Shown: positions 51,466 through 61,027 of the stretch, piece after piece
How the letters are laid out: each line of letters begins with the position of its first letter
Numbering within the stretch: the stretch's first letter is position 1
DNA from: Bdellovibrionales bacterium
GTDB lineage: Bacteria; Bdellovibrionota; Bdellovibrionia; Bdellovibrionales; UBA1609
Direction: 5' to 3'
DNA: 64,000 nucleotides
Assembly (NCBI GenBank): GCA_043764155.1
Contig: JAYUKW010000012.1
Span: 72,520-136,519, forward strand
Program-made: the position numbers and the translations under genes
The notes under the pieces: generated by a model
What the model saw: the letters and a program-made list of their open reading frames with translations, nothing else
The model's database searches: none
What the model was told of the DNA's origin: nothing

Positions 51466-52230
51466 TTAAATCACTTTAGATTCGTTACGAAGTAGTTGAA
51501 CTAATTCTTTCACGGCATTGTCAGAAGCCAAAATTTTAACGTCTGGTTTTTCTGGCGGCAGTTCAAAGTTTTTATATATAGTGTAAGAAATATCATTCAA
51601 ACCAAGGTCAGAAAAATTTAACTGATGTACGGGTTTTTTCTTGGCTTTCATGATCCCAGGTAGGCTTACAAATCTTGGGTTGTTCAGACCTTTATTAGCT
51701 GTGGACAAGGATAATTTGGGCATCTCTACGATCTCTTTACTGCCGGCCTCAATCTCTCTTTCTACAACAACAATATCACCTTTGACTTCAAACTTTGAGA
51801 CTACTGAAGTGTGAGGAATATTTAAAATATTTGCTAACTGCGGACCCATACTTGAATTATTAGAATCAATAGAAAGTTTTCCTGTAAAAATGCATTCTGC
51901 AGGACCGAATTTTTCAATCGCTTTAGAAAGGGCATTTGCTACAGTTAATGAATCAAGATCTTGTTCAGATAAAATATGGATGGCTTCATCAGCGCCCATA
52001 GCTAAAGCTGTTCTTAATGCTTCAACCGATCTAGCTGGTCCAACAGTAAGGGCAATTACCTTATCAGCACCCAATGCCTCTTTTTTTAACAAGGCTTCTT
52101 CGACTGCGAATTCATCATAAGGATTTAACACCCATTTTATACTAGACGTGTCGATGCCGGATTTATCAGAATTGATTTTGATTTTTGTTTCTGTATCAGG
52201 CACTTGTTTAATACATACAAAAATTGACAT
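51466..52230 (-). CDS. etfB: Electron transfer flavoprotein subunit beta
   Basis: 254 aa with an N-terminus (FVCIKQVPDTETKIKI) and NPYDEFAVEEAL typical of EtfB. Confidence 0.92.
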   Translation of the reverse strand: MSIFVCIKQVPDTETKIKINSDKSGIDTSSIKWVLNPYDEFAVEEALLKKEALGADKVIALTVGPARSVEALRTALAMGADEAIHILSEQDLDSLTVANALSKAIEKFGPAECIFTGKLSIDSNNSSMGPQLANILNIPHTSVVSKFEVKGDIVVVEREIEAGSKEIVEMPKLSLSTANKGLNNPRFVSLPGIMKAKKKPVHQLNFSDLGLNDISYTIYKNFELPPEKPDVKILASDNAVKELVQLLRNESKVI

Positions 52231-52413
52231 ATTATTCTCCTAAGTTTTTTTATGCTGTATAGCCGAAACGTAGTCTCAGTCTGCGAGATTTATAGACTTC
52301 CTTACGAAATTCAACTAATTTTTAAACTATCGAAATACTAATGCATATGATTAAAGGTTTAAATTGTGTTTGCTGTCAGCACCAGTTTGCACATAAACCG
52401 AAGGAATACAAAG

Positions 52414-53076
52414 ATGATATATTTTTTGAAATCAACTATCGGTCGTAAACAGCTGGTCGCTGTTGCAGGTCTTGGGTTAGCACTTTTTGTTTTTATTCAC
52501 ATGGCTGGTAACATGCTGATTTTATTCAGCCCAAAAGCTTACAATTTATATGGGCATGCCTTAATCACGAATCCCTTAATTTATTTTGCGGAAGCAGGTT
52601 TAGTGGGAATTTTTATTTTGCATGCGTTTTTAGCCTTATTTTTAACTTTTAAAAATTGGTCCTCTCGTTCTAATAAATACGCAAAAAATCCTGAAGTGAA
52701 AGCCAAAGCCTCATTGTCTTCAAGAACTATGGGATTTCAAGGCTTAGTGATTTTTGCTTTTGTTATCTTGCACCTATTAACATTTAAATTCGGTACACAT
52801 CATGAGGTCGTATACGACGGGCAAACAGTCAGAGATTTGCATAAACTTGTGCTCGAAGTTTTTGCTCAACCCATTTATGTCGTGGGCTATGTCTTCACTT
52901 TGATTTTGATGTTTGGACATTTAGCTCATGGTTTTGGATCCGTATTTCAGAGTCTTGGATTCAGTCGAGTAAGGTATGGCTCAATAATTGATGGAATCAG
53001 TTTTGTTTACAGCTTAGTCGTGGTGGGTGGTTTTATCAGCCAGCCTTTATATGTTTATTTTATTTACCAAGCTTAA
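52414..53076 (+). CDS. sdhC: Succinate dehydrogenase/fumarate reductase cytochrome b subunit (b558-type, 5 TM)
   Basis: The ATG at 52414 is preceded by GAAGGAA. The N-terminus (FLKSTIGRKQLVAVAGLGLALFVFIHMAGN) and the conserved His residues fit the single-subunit dihaem anchor. The track start at 52366 adds 16 codons. Confidence 0.8.
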   Translation: MIYFLKSTIGRKQLVAVAGLGLALFVFIHMAGNMLILFSPKAYNLYGHALITNPLIYFAEAGLVGIFILHAFLALFLTFKNWSSRSNKYAKNPEVKAKASLSSRTMGFQGLVIFAFVILHLLTFKFGTHHEVVYDGQTVRDLHKLVLEVFAQPIYVVGYVFTLILMFGHLAHGFGSVFQSLGFSRVRYGSIIDGISFVYSLVVVGGFISQPLYVYFIYQA

Positions 53077-53116
53077 TATTAATTAACTGTTTAATTAAAC
53101 AGCTGAGGAGAAAATC

Positions 53117-55042
53117 GTGGGCATCATCTTAAATTCAAATACTCCAGGTGGACCTATTGAAGATCGTTGGAAAACACACAAGTTTGAAATGAAACTTGTG
53201 AACCCATCCAACAAAAGAAAGTTTGATATTTTAGTTGTCGGTACGGGCTTAGCTGGGGCCTCTGCGTCCGCTACTCTTGCTGAACTAGGTTACAATGTAA
53301 CTACATTTTGTATTCACGATACACCTAGGCGCGCTCATTCTATTGCTGCTCAAGGTGGAATTAATGCTGCAAAAAATTATCAAAATGATGGAGATTCAAT
53401 CCACAGACTTTTTTATGACACGGTAAAAGGTGGGGATTTCCGCGCAAGGGAAGCCAATGTCTACAGATTAGCAGAAGTGTCGGTTAACATTATTGATCAA
53501 GCGGTAGCTCAAGGAGTTCCTTTTGCTAGGGACTATGGTGGCTTACTTTCAAATAGATCTTTTGGCGGGGCTCAAGTTTCAAGAACCTTTTATGCTCGAG
53601 GACAAACAGGTCAGCAGCTTCTTTTAGGTGCTTACTCGTCAATGATGAGACAAGTTCATTTAAAAAATATCAACTTAAAAACTCGTCGAGAGATGTTAGA
53701 TTTAGTAGTAGTGGATGGTAAAGCCCGCGGCATTACAGTTAGAAATCTTATCACTGGCGAAATTGAATCTTACTCTGCCGATGCTGTCGTTATTGCGAGT
53801 GGCGGCTATGGAAACGTTTTTTATCTGTCCACGAATGCTAAAAATTCTAACGTCTCAGCTGCGTGGTCAGCTCATAAAAAAGGGGCTGCGTTTGCAAATC
53901 CCTGCTACACACAAATTCATCCGACATGTATTCCTGTGTCAGGGGATTACCAATCAAAATTAACCTTAATGTCAGAGTCCTTAAGAAATGATGGACGAAT
54001 CTGGGTTCCAAAAAATCCTGAAGAAAACAGAAAACCTTCAGATATTTCAGAAGCAGATCGTGATTACTATTTAGAACGTGTTTACCCAAGCTTTGGAAAT
54101 TTAGCACCACGAGATGTAGCCTCAAGACAAGCCAAGTACATGACTGATGAAGGGAAAGGTGTTGGACCAACGGGTAAAGCTGTCTATTTAGATTTCAGAG
54201 ATTCCATTAAAAGAATGGGTGAAAATGCTGTCAGTGAAAAGTATGGAAATCTTTTTCAGATGTATGAAAAAATCACTGGAGACAATCCTTACCAAACACC
54301 TATGAGGATTTTCCCTGCCGTGCATTACACTATGGGTGGATTATGGGTGGATTATAATTTACAAAGTACAATCCCAGGTCTTCATGTTTTAGGTGAAGCC
54401 AATTTTTCTGATCATGGTGCGAACCGTCTTGGAGCTTCGGCTTTAATGCAAGGTTTGGCCGACGGATACTTTGTTTTACCCGCAACGATCGGAAACTATT
54501 TAGCGTCTCATAAATTAGAAAAAGTGAGCACCACTAGAGATGAGTTTAAATTGAGCGCCGAAATTATAAAAAATAGAACTGAAAGTTTACTTAAAATTAA
54601 TGGTAAAAAAACTGTAGACGAGTTTCACAGAGATTTAGGTCATATCATGTGGGATCATGTGGGAATGGCTAGAAATAAAAAAGGTTTAGAGAGCGCGATC
54701 TCAGGCATTAAAAAACTTCAAGACGAATTCTGGGTGAATGTAAAAGTATCTGGATCTTCAAATGAAAAAAATGAAGAGTTAGAAAAGGCGTCCCGTGTGG
54801 CTGACTTTTTAGAACTAGGTCATTTAATGGCAGTCGATGCGTTACAACGAGAAGAGTCCTGTGGTGGTCACTTCAGAGAAGAGTATCAAACGTCCGATGG
54901 TGAAGCCTTAAGACAAGATGATAAGTTTTGTACAGCGTCTGCGTTCGAATACACAGGCATAGGTAAAAAACCAAATTGGAATGTTCACCAAGAGAATTTA
55001 AACTTTGATTATGTGAAGCTTGCCACTCGAAGTTACAAATAA
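53117..55042 (+). CDS. sdhA: Succinate dehydrogenase/fumarate reductase flavoprotein subunit
   Basis: 641 aa with a GTG start after GAGGAG, an FAD-binding motif ([11 protein letters not shown]), the covalent-FAD His context ([14 protein letters not shown]) and HYTMGG. Confidence 0.95.
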   Translation: MGIILNSNTPGGPIEDRWKTHKFEMKLVNPSNKRKFDILVVGTGLAGASASATLAELGYNVTTFCIHDTPRRAHSIAAQGGINAAKNYQNDGDSIHRLFYDTVKGGDFRAREANVYRLAEVSVNIIDQAVAQGVPFARDYGGLLSNRSFGGAQVSRTFYARGQTGQQLLLGAYSSMMRQVHLKNINLKTRREMLDLVVVDGKARGITVRNLITGEIESYSADAVVIASGGYGNVFYLSTNAKNSNVSAAWSAHKKGAAFANPCYTQIHPTCIPVSGDYQSKLTLMSESLRNDGRIWVPKNPEENRKPSDISEADRDYYLERVYPSFGNLAPRDVASRQAKYMTDEGKGVGPTGKAVYLDFRDSIKRMGENAVSEKYGNLFQMYEKITGDNPYQTPMRIFPAVHYTMGGLWVDYNLQSTIPGLHVLGEANFSDHGANRLGASALMQGLADGYFVLPATIGNYLASHKLEKVSTTRDEFKLSAEIIKNRTESLLKINGKKTVDEFHRDLGHIMWDHVGMARNKKGLESAISGIKKLQDEFWVNVKVSGSSNEKNEELEKASRVADFLELGHLMAVDALQREESCGGHFREEYQTSDGEALRQDDKFCTASAFEYTGIGKKPNWNVHQENLNFDYVKLATRSYK

Positions 55043-55131
55043 AATTAATTTATTAGGAAGAATTAAAGTTAAAATTGAAAACTTTAAGAAGACTCAAAAA
55101 ATATTAAAATTTAAATTGCTAGGGATAAAAA

Positions 55132-55890
55132 ATGAGCGAAATGATCAACATAAAATTAAAAGTCTGGAGACAAAAAAACAAGACATCAAAAGGTTTTTTT
55201 GAATCTCATAATCTAGATAATATTTCTACAGACATGTCGTTTTTAGAAATGATGGATACACTTAATCAGACGCTAATAAAAACAGGCAAAGACCCAGTGC
55301 TTTTTGATCATGACTGTCGTGAAGGGATTTGTGGTTCGTGTTCAATGGTGATTAACGGTGATCCTCATGGACCTCAAAAAGCGACAACGACATGTCAACT
55401 TCACATGCGAACTTTTAAATCTGGCGATGAAATTTTTGTTGAACCTTTTAGAGCTAACTCATTTCCTATTATAAAAGATTTAACAGTTGATCGTAGTGCT
55501 TTTGACCGAGTTATAGAAGCTGGTGGATACATTTCGATTTCAACTGGAAATGCCCAAGATGCAAATGCGATACCTATACCAAAACCAGTGTCAGATGATG
55601 CGTTTATGTCTGCAACGTGTATTGGATGCGGGGCTTGTGTAGCTGCATGTAAAAACGCATCAGCCATGCTTTTTGTGTCTGCCAAAATCAATCACTTAAA
55701 CCAGCTTCCCCAAGGGGCTGTTGAAGCCTCTGAGCGAGTTTCAAATATGGTTGCCCAAATGGACAAAGAAGGTTTTGGGGCCTGTACAAACACAGGGTCT
55801 TGCTCAGCAGCATGTCCTAAAGAGATCTCTTTAGATAACATTGCGCGAATGAACCGTATGTTCACAAAATCGATATTTAAAAAAGGTTAG
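55132..55890 (+). CDS. sdhB: Succinate dehydrogenase/fumarate reductase iron-sulfur subunit
   Basis: 252 aa with a 2Fe-2S cluster motif ([15 protein letters not shown]), a 4Fe-4S motif ([11 protein letters not shown]) and a 3Fe-4S motif ([12 protein letters not shown]). Confidence 0.95.
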   Translation: MSEMINIKLKVWRQKNKTSKGFFESHNLDNISTDMSFLEMMDTLNQTLIKTGKDPVLFDHDCREGICGSCSMVINGDPHGPQKATTTCQLHMRTFKSGDEIFVEPFRANSFPIIKDLTVDRSAFDRVIEAGGYISISTGNAQDANAIPIPKPVSDDAFMSATCIGCGACVAACKNASAMLFVSAKINHLNQLPQGAVEASERVSNMVAQMDKEGFGACTNTGSCSAACPKEISLDNIARMNRMFTKSIFKKG

Positions 55891-56029
55891 ATTTACGTCT
55901 AATAATATATTTTAACTGAATGAATCTGATCTAAATTAATGCCCAACTAGATATGGAAACTTCGGTTTTAAAAAGTGTAGTGATAGGGAGTAATACCCAC
56001 AAATCCACTGAGTTATCCACATTTTGGGG

Positions 56030-56072
56030 TGAAAAACGAAAAAATATGCTAATTTTTGATTAAAAAGTTAGC
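56030..56072 (-). terminator. Putative intrinsic terminator of the alpha/beta-hydrolase gene
   Basis: On the minus strand, GCTAACTTTTT-AATC-AAAAATTAGC (one bulged C) is followed by ATATTTTTTCGTTTTTC. The stem is AT-rich, so confidence is modest. Confidence 0.4.
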
Positions 56073-56162
56073 AAAATACTTTAATGTCGATAATTTTTGA
56101 TTTTTTTGTAATCGAAAAATTTATTAATTTATTACACCCTAAAACTTTATAAATTCCAAATT

Positions 56163-57035
56163 TTATTTCTTATGTTGCGACACAAAAAAATCTTTTAATA
56201 ATGCATTTACTAACTCAGGTTTATCTAACTGTGTGCAATGACTTCCATCTTTGATTCTTTCGATGTGAGCATTAGGAATTAAATTTTTCATCAAATCTTG
56301 CTGATGAATTGGTGTAATCCCATCCCTTAGTCCAGAGATAACCAAAGTAGGGGCCGAAACCCTCATAAGATCATCTCGCAAATCCGTACGTACAAGATCT
56401 TGCATATAATCAAGTACCACTTTTAATCTTAAATTTTCTAAAGCCTGAGTGTAAATTTCTATATCTTTGAAGGGAACAAGCTCTAAATTGAACCCTCCTA
56501 ATAAAGCTGCGACAAGTTGAGATACTAGATTATTCACAACTTTTTTCCATAACCATTGGGATAATGAGGGTGCATAAGACTCTAAAGCTTCTAAAGTATT
56601 GATTAATTTATCTGAAACTGGAAATTTAAATAGTTCATCTAAAGGATTGTAAACAAAGCCATTAATTAAAACTAAAGACATAGTTTTTTCAGGATAAAAG
56701 TTAGCAAACTTAACGGCTACAGGAACTCCAAAACTATGACCAACAACATGAGTGGTTTTAAAGTTTAAATGACACAACAAAGCATTAAGGTCTTTAGCCA
56801 CGGCATCCATATTTAATTCATCAGACATAGCTGATTTGTGGTGTCCTCTATAATCAAACATCAAGACTTGATAGTTTTCAGATAAAGCTTGGACTTGATA
56901 TACCCAGTGGTTCATCTGACATGCAACTCCATAAACTAAGGTCACTACAGGACCTTTGTCCCCATGAACTTCATAGTAGATTTCAGTTCCATCAAAAGAT
57001 TTAAAAGTATTTTTTTGAACTTGGATAGGTTTCAT
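56163..57035 (-). CDS. Alpha/beta-fold hydrolase
   Basis: 290 aa with the nucleophile elbow VVGHSFG, a C-terminal His context (DGSHCTQLDKPE) and an HG-type oxyanion region. The substrate is unknown. Confidence 0.8.
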   Translation of the reverse strand: MKPIQVQKNTFKSFDGTEIYYEVHGDKGPVVTLVYGVACQMNHWVYQVQALSENYQVLMFDYRGHHKSAMSDELNMDAVAKDLNALLCHLNFKTTHVVGHSFGVPVAVKFANFYPEKTMSLVLINGFVYNPLDELFKFPVSDKLINTLEALESYAPSLSQWLWKKVVNNLVSQLVAALLGGFNLELVPFKDIEIYTQALENLRLKVVLDYMQDLVRTDLRDDLMRVSAPTLVISGLRDGITPIHQQDLMKNLIPNAHIERIKDGSHCTQLDKPELVNALLKDFFVSQHKK

Positions 57036-57082
57036 AGAATTAATCTAAATCGGCATAAGCCAAATTTCAATAAAGTAAATAA

Positions 57083-57796
57083 TTAGATTTCAAATTTAAT
57101 TCTAGTAAGGCTGTCCGTTTCAATTGATAAAACATCACCGTTTTCAATTAAGCATTCGCTAATAATTGGAATTGAATTTAAAGACAAAATCCTTTCTTTG
57201 GTTAAAGGTCTAACCATTATGCCAGATCTTGATTCTATAATTTCAAAAACCTCTAAGGGAATATTTTTGCCAGCTAAAAGCCCCCCAACACAGCCAGATC
57301 CAAATTTAAATGGACCATATTGAACATCCCATTTTTGGTCGAGCTGAAGACCCTGTATGACGTTTAACCTTACAGGCGCGGTGAAGAAGATCACCTCTGT
57401 TACTGGAGTTGGCTTGCTTTCAATAGATTCAATTAGGCTACGAGCTTGCCATATTAGATTGTCTTGGGATACCTCAGAGCTAACTGCCTTTGGTTTAGAT
57501 TGCTTCAAAATAACTTCAACTAAAGTATTCCCTATTTGAAATACGGTGCCAGGTGTAATTAAAAGCTTAGTGATTCGTTTACCTTGGACCTTAATTCCAT
57601 TTCTAGAATCTTTATCTACTAAAAACAATTCGCCCTGATTATTCATCTGAATTTCTGCATGAACCGATGAAATACGTTCATCATCTAAGATAATATTACC
57701 TTTCGAACGCCCAATTATATGCCCAGATAGGACTTCGTAAATGTTTCCGATTGCGGCAGCATCTGTTGAATCTAGTATTTTGAAGTGAATTCCCAT
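57083..57796 (-). CDS. FHA domain-containing protein
   Basis: The N-terminal ~100 aa fit the FHA pattern (IIGRSKGNIILDDERISSVHAEI...LVDKDSRNGIKVQGKRI...GTVFQIGNTLVEV). The C-terminal half is unassigned and may be a second degenerate FHA-like beta sandwich. Confidence 0.72.
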   Translation of the reverse strand: MGIHFKILDSTDAAAIGNIYEVLSGHIIGRSKGNIILDDERISSVHAEIQMNNQGELFLVDKDSRNGIKVQGKRITKLLITPGTVFQIGNTLVEVILKQSKPKAVSSEVSQDNLIWQARSLIESIESKPTPVTEVIFFTAPVRLNVIQGLQLDQKWDVQYGPFKFGSGCVGGLLAGKNIPLEVFEIIESRSGIMVRPLTKERILSLNSIPIISECLIENGDVLSIETDSLTRIKFEI

Positions 57797-57918
57797 ATTC
57801 TCGCTTCTACCGCTTCTAATTTTTTAGACTGGCTTGTTTTTAGTATTCGACCATGATAGCACATATTTTCTTCTTGTTGATAACAATCAAGTTTTCGGCA
57901 CTTCCATAAGGAGATTTT

Positions 57919-58356
57919 ATGTCCTTTCAACTTCAAAAATCTATTAAAATGAGATCCTACGAAGGTATAATAATCATGCATCCAGAGGCGACTGAGGATG
58001 AACAAAAAGATCTTTTCCGTAAAAATAAGGCTATTGTAGAGTCCTTCAAAGGTGAAGTTTCTTGTGTTGAGACTTGGGGTAAAAGATCTTTGTCTAACCC
58101 AATCGAAAAGATTAAGTTAGGTAACTACTTTTATACGACATTCAAAGCAGCTCCTGAAGTGATCGTAGAGCTCGAGAGAACAATGAAAATTAACGACAAA
58201 GTGATTCGTTTTCTTAATGTAAAGTTAGAAGACAATGCTGATCTTAAAAAACATGTCGAGAAATTTCATGAAGTTCTTGCTGAATCCGAAAAACGTAGAA
58301 AAGACTTTGAAGAAAAAGCTTCCAAAAAGCGAGCTATGTTCAGAAAACCAGGCTAA
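57919..58356 (+). CDS. rpsF: 30S ribosomal protein S6
   Basis: MRSYEGIIIMHPEATEDEQ matches the S6 N-terminus. The ATG at 57919 has a strong RBS (AAGGAG plus 5 nt) and adds 10 residues. It has a charged C-terminal tail. Confidence 0.9.
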   Translation: MSFQLQKSIKMRSYEGIIIMHPEATEDEQKDLFRKNKAIVESFKGEVSCVETWGKRSLSNPIEKIKLGNYFYTTFKAAPEVIVELERTMKINDKVIRFLNVKLEDNADLKKHVEKFHEVLAESEKRRKDFEEKASKKRAMFRKPG

Positions 58357-58365
58357 TTTTTAGTT

Positions 58366-59304
58366 TTGGAAATAAAAAAAAATCTATTTTTAGTTCTTAA
58401 AGCTATCGCGCAAGTCACCACTTGCGTATTTTTTTATGCATTGCTTTGGGTATTCGCCACTCCGATTTGCTTCTCACTTCTTAAAAACTTAAAAACAAAA
58501 TTAAGAATTGGACTTCAAGTTATTATCTTTGCCCTACTTTTCTATTTTGCTGGTTTTATAACATTCTGGATTGTTTTGATGCCAGCCCTCACAGTGGAGC
58601 TCGCAATTCAGACGGTTAGACATCGTCAAGTTCTCAAGAATTATCAAAATCAAATAATTTTATTGTCTGCCGTAGCCCTATTTCATCTCAGTTTATATAT
58701 AATTTTTGATTCGTTTAATTCAGATGAAATTAATTTGCAATTATCCATGTGGTTTGATCAAATTCAAACGTATTTCGATAAAATGTCCCTGCGTGTGGGC
58801 AGCCAAACTCAGAGCTATAAACTGATTAAACAGTCATGGATAAAAATTATTGATTTTGTTCCTTCAATCTACTTTGGTGGCTTCGTTTTGGGTTACTACT
58901 CCTGTTTTTGGAGATCTAGGCTGCTTTCGTCGTTTAAGTGCTTAGATTCATTTTTTTGGCTTACATTATTCAGCTTCAGTTTAGGGTTTTTGAACTGGGC
59001 TTCATATTTTGAATTTCTTAGTAAGAGTATAAATCTTGATTATTTAGAAGCATTTTTGACTTATCAAAGTTTATTTAAAAACATATTTTTAGTTTTTTGT
59101 TCGATGTATTTTTTTCAGGGACTTTCTGTGTCATTGTATTTCATGGAAAAGCTTAAAATCACTCGATTTTGGCAAAATGTATGGTATATCCTTATTATTT
59201 TCAATCTCCCTATGATTATAGCAGCAATTGGGATTTTTGATTTTTTATTTGAACTTAGAGTTGAGCGTAAAGTTGAACCTAGATCCTTCAAGGAGAAGAA
59301 ATGA
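58366..59304 (+). CDS. Polytopic membrane protein (possibly DUF2232/YybS-like)
   Basis: 312 aa with 8 or more hydrophobic helices and a TTG start. It occupies the slot just upstream of rplI (ATGA overlap), where DUF2232-type genes sit in other bacteria. The assignment is by context only. Confidence 0.5.
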   Translation: MEIKKNLFLVLKAIAQVTTCVFFYALLWVFATPICFSLLKNLKTKLRIGLQVIIFALLFYFAGFITFWIVLMPALTVELAIQTVRHRQVLKNYQNQIILLSAVALFHLSLYIIFDSFNSDEINLQLSMWFDQIQTYFDKMSLRVGSQTQSYKLIKQSWIKIIDFVPSIYFGGFVLGYYSCFWRSRLLSSFKCLDSFFWLTLFSFSLGFLNWASYFEFLSKSINLDYLEAFLTYQSLFKNIFLVFCSMYFFQGLSVSLYFMEKLKITRFWQNVWYILIIFNLPMIIAAIGIFDFLFELRVERKVEPRSFKEKK

Positions 59305-59750
59305 AAGTTGTATTACAAAAAGATGTGAAAGATCTTGGTAAAGTTGGCGATATTCTTAATGTTAAAATTGGATATGCAAGAAATTTCCTTTTTCCAAAAA
59401 AAGTGGCTGTTGCTGCGACTGAGAAGAAAGTAAAAGAGTTTGAACACTTAAAAAGAGTTGCAGAACTTAAAAAAGCAAAAGCAGTTGATCATAGAAAAAT
59501 TTTGATTGGAAAATTAAACGGTCTTGTTGTTGAGTTTAATGTTCAGGCCAGTGAGACTGAAAAATTATTTGGTTCTATTACTAACATTGATATTTCAAGA
59601 GAACTTGCTAAGAAAGGTTTTGAAATCGATAAAAAAGATATTCTTATTGAAGACGCTATTAAAGTTTTGGGTCAACATAAAGCGAATATTGTTTTAGGCG
59701 AAGATTCATCTTTGCAAACTGAGATCACAGTTTCAGTTGTTAGATTGTAA
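59301..59750 (+). CDS. rplI: 50S ribosomal protein L9
   Basis: 149 aa. MKVVLQKDVKDLGKVGDILNVKIGYARNFLFPKK is the canonical L9 N-domain. Confidence 0.93.
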   Translation: MKVVLQKDVKDLGKVGDILNVKIGYARNFLFPKKVAVAATEKKVKEFEHLKRVAELKKAKAVDHRKILIGKLNGLVVEFNVQASETEKLFGSITNIDISRELAKKGFEIDKKDILIEDAIKVLGQHKANIVLGEDSSLQTEITVSVVRL

Positions 59751-59822
59751 TTAAATTTAGTTTTAAAAATTGGTTATTATGAGGTTGAGTTCTTAAATAA
59801 CCAGTTTGAATAAAGTAAGTCT

Positions 59823-60032
59823 TTAAGCTGATACGCTTAAAGCTCTATAAAGTATATGAAGTGAAAACTTACGCAATTCTGCATCATCAAAGTCTTCAAT
59901 ATCTACTTTTTGTTTCTCTAATTCATCTAAAATTAAACTTCTGTATTGTGTATAGTTTTTTGGATCACCCATGGTAAGGGCCAAAAAATTAATTAAATCC
60001 ATACCTTTTAAGTTTGTTCTAGAAAGATCCAT
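59823..60032 (-). CDS. Hypothetical small acidic protein
   Basis: 69 aa from ATG 60032 (GGGGGA 7 nt upstream). The track start at 60047 is a GTG 5 codons earlier. No recognisable motif, and it could be non-coding. Confidence 0.3.
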   Translation of the reverse strand: MDLSRTNLKGMDLINFLALTMGDPKNYTQYRSLILDELEKQKVDIEDFDDAELRKFSLHILYRALSVSA

Positions 60033-60186
60033 CCTTAAATCCCCCACTAAAAAGTATTGAAAAACGATATAAACTGATCGTCAATATGTTTTCATTTTAA
60101 AACTAGACCTCGCAAATTCCAAAACTTAGCGTTACAATTTTTTGTTACACTAACAAAAAACAAAATGCAAAATCGCGAGGTAAAAA

Positions 60187-60810
60187 ATGAAATTAAAATT
60201 CTTATTTATTGCAATCACATTAAGCTTTTCAGCCCTAGTCATGGCCAAAGAAGTTAAGAAAACCATAGATACTGATGTAAGTTTAGTCAGTTGGTTGGGA
60301 AAGAAGAAAATTTTAAATGATAAACATTATGGTAAAATTAAGATCAAAGATGGTTTTGTTGTTTTTGATTCTAAAGGACAACCTTTAAACGCAGAAGTCA
60401 TTTTAGATATGACTAAGATTACCAACGAAGATTTAAAAGATAAAACTTATAATACAAAATTAGTGTCTCATTTAAGTGGAGCTGATTTTTTTGATGTAAC
60501 TAAATATCCTAATGCGACATTAAATATAAAAAGTTTTGAAAAAACTAAAATCGATAAAAAAGACAAAACACTTAATTTGACAATGTATAAAGCCATTGGT
60601 GAACTTAAAATAAAAGATGAGACAAAACCAGTTGCATTTGATGTTCAAATACTGCCTTCAGGGGCTATTTACAAAGGGACTGGTAAGTTGACGATTGATA
60701 GAACTCTTTGGGGTGTTAAATACGGCTCTGATAGTTTCTTTAAAGGTCTTGGAGATAAAGTAATCGCCAACGATATGGAATTTGACTTTGAATTAGCTAC
60801 TAAAAATTAA
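60187..60810 (+). CDS. YceI-like periplasmic lipid/polyisoprenoid-binding protein
   Basis: 207 aa with a signal peptide and a YceI pattern (VSWLGKKKI...HYGKIKIKDG...LTIDRTLWGVKYGS). Confidence 0.78.
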   Translation: MKLKFLFIAITLSFSALVMAKEVKKTIDTDVSLVSWLGKKKILNDKHYGKIKIKDGFVVFDSKGQPLNAEVILDMTKITNEDLKDKTYNTKLVSHLSGADFFDVTKYPNATLNIKSFEKTKIDKKDKTLNLTMYKAIGELKIKDETKPVAFDVQILPSGAIYKGTGKLTIDRTLWGVKYGSDSFFKGLGDKVIANDMEFDFELATKN

Positions 60811-60836
60811 AAGTAGTCTAACTTATTTATATTTAG

Positions 60837-60868
60837 AAATGGCCTTATAATTGGGCCATTTTTTTTTA
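60837..60868 (+). terminator. Rho-independent terminator after the YceI-like gene
   Basis: AAATGGCC (60837-60844) pairs with GGCCATTT (60854-60861) around a 9-nt loop, running into a T-run of about 10 that ends at 60868. Confidence 0.75.
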
Positions 60869-61027
60869 GTCAGACAAAAACCCACATTCTGTCTTTAACT
60901 TGTTCACTTTTTTAAAGAATATATTAACTTTCCACTTCTAAATTAAAATCTTTTTAATAAATCAAAAAAAGCTCATAGATATATATATTCGTCCTGAATT
61001 TTTAAGACTTAGGTCCGATAGGAATGC

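Noticed and set aside
55020-55202. 60-aa ORF spanning the sdhA-sdhB spacer.
   Set aside because: It is Lys-rich and low-complexity, overlaps both the sdhA end and the sdhB start, has no RBS, and is very unlikely to be real.
57772-58005. 77-aa minus-strand ORF across the FHA/rpsF divergent promoter region.
   Set aside because: It overlaps the FHA gene start and the rpsF start and RBS on the opposite strand. It shows no signal or motif and is probably spurious.
59751-59822. TGGTTATT-N17-AATAACCA inverted repeat after rplI.
   Set aside because: It has a large loop and no following T-run, so the evidence for a terminator is weak.
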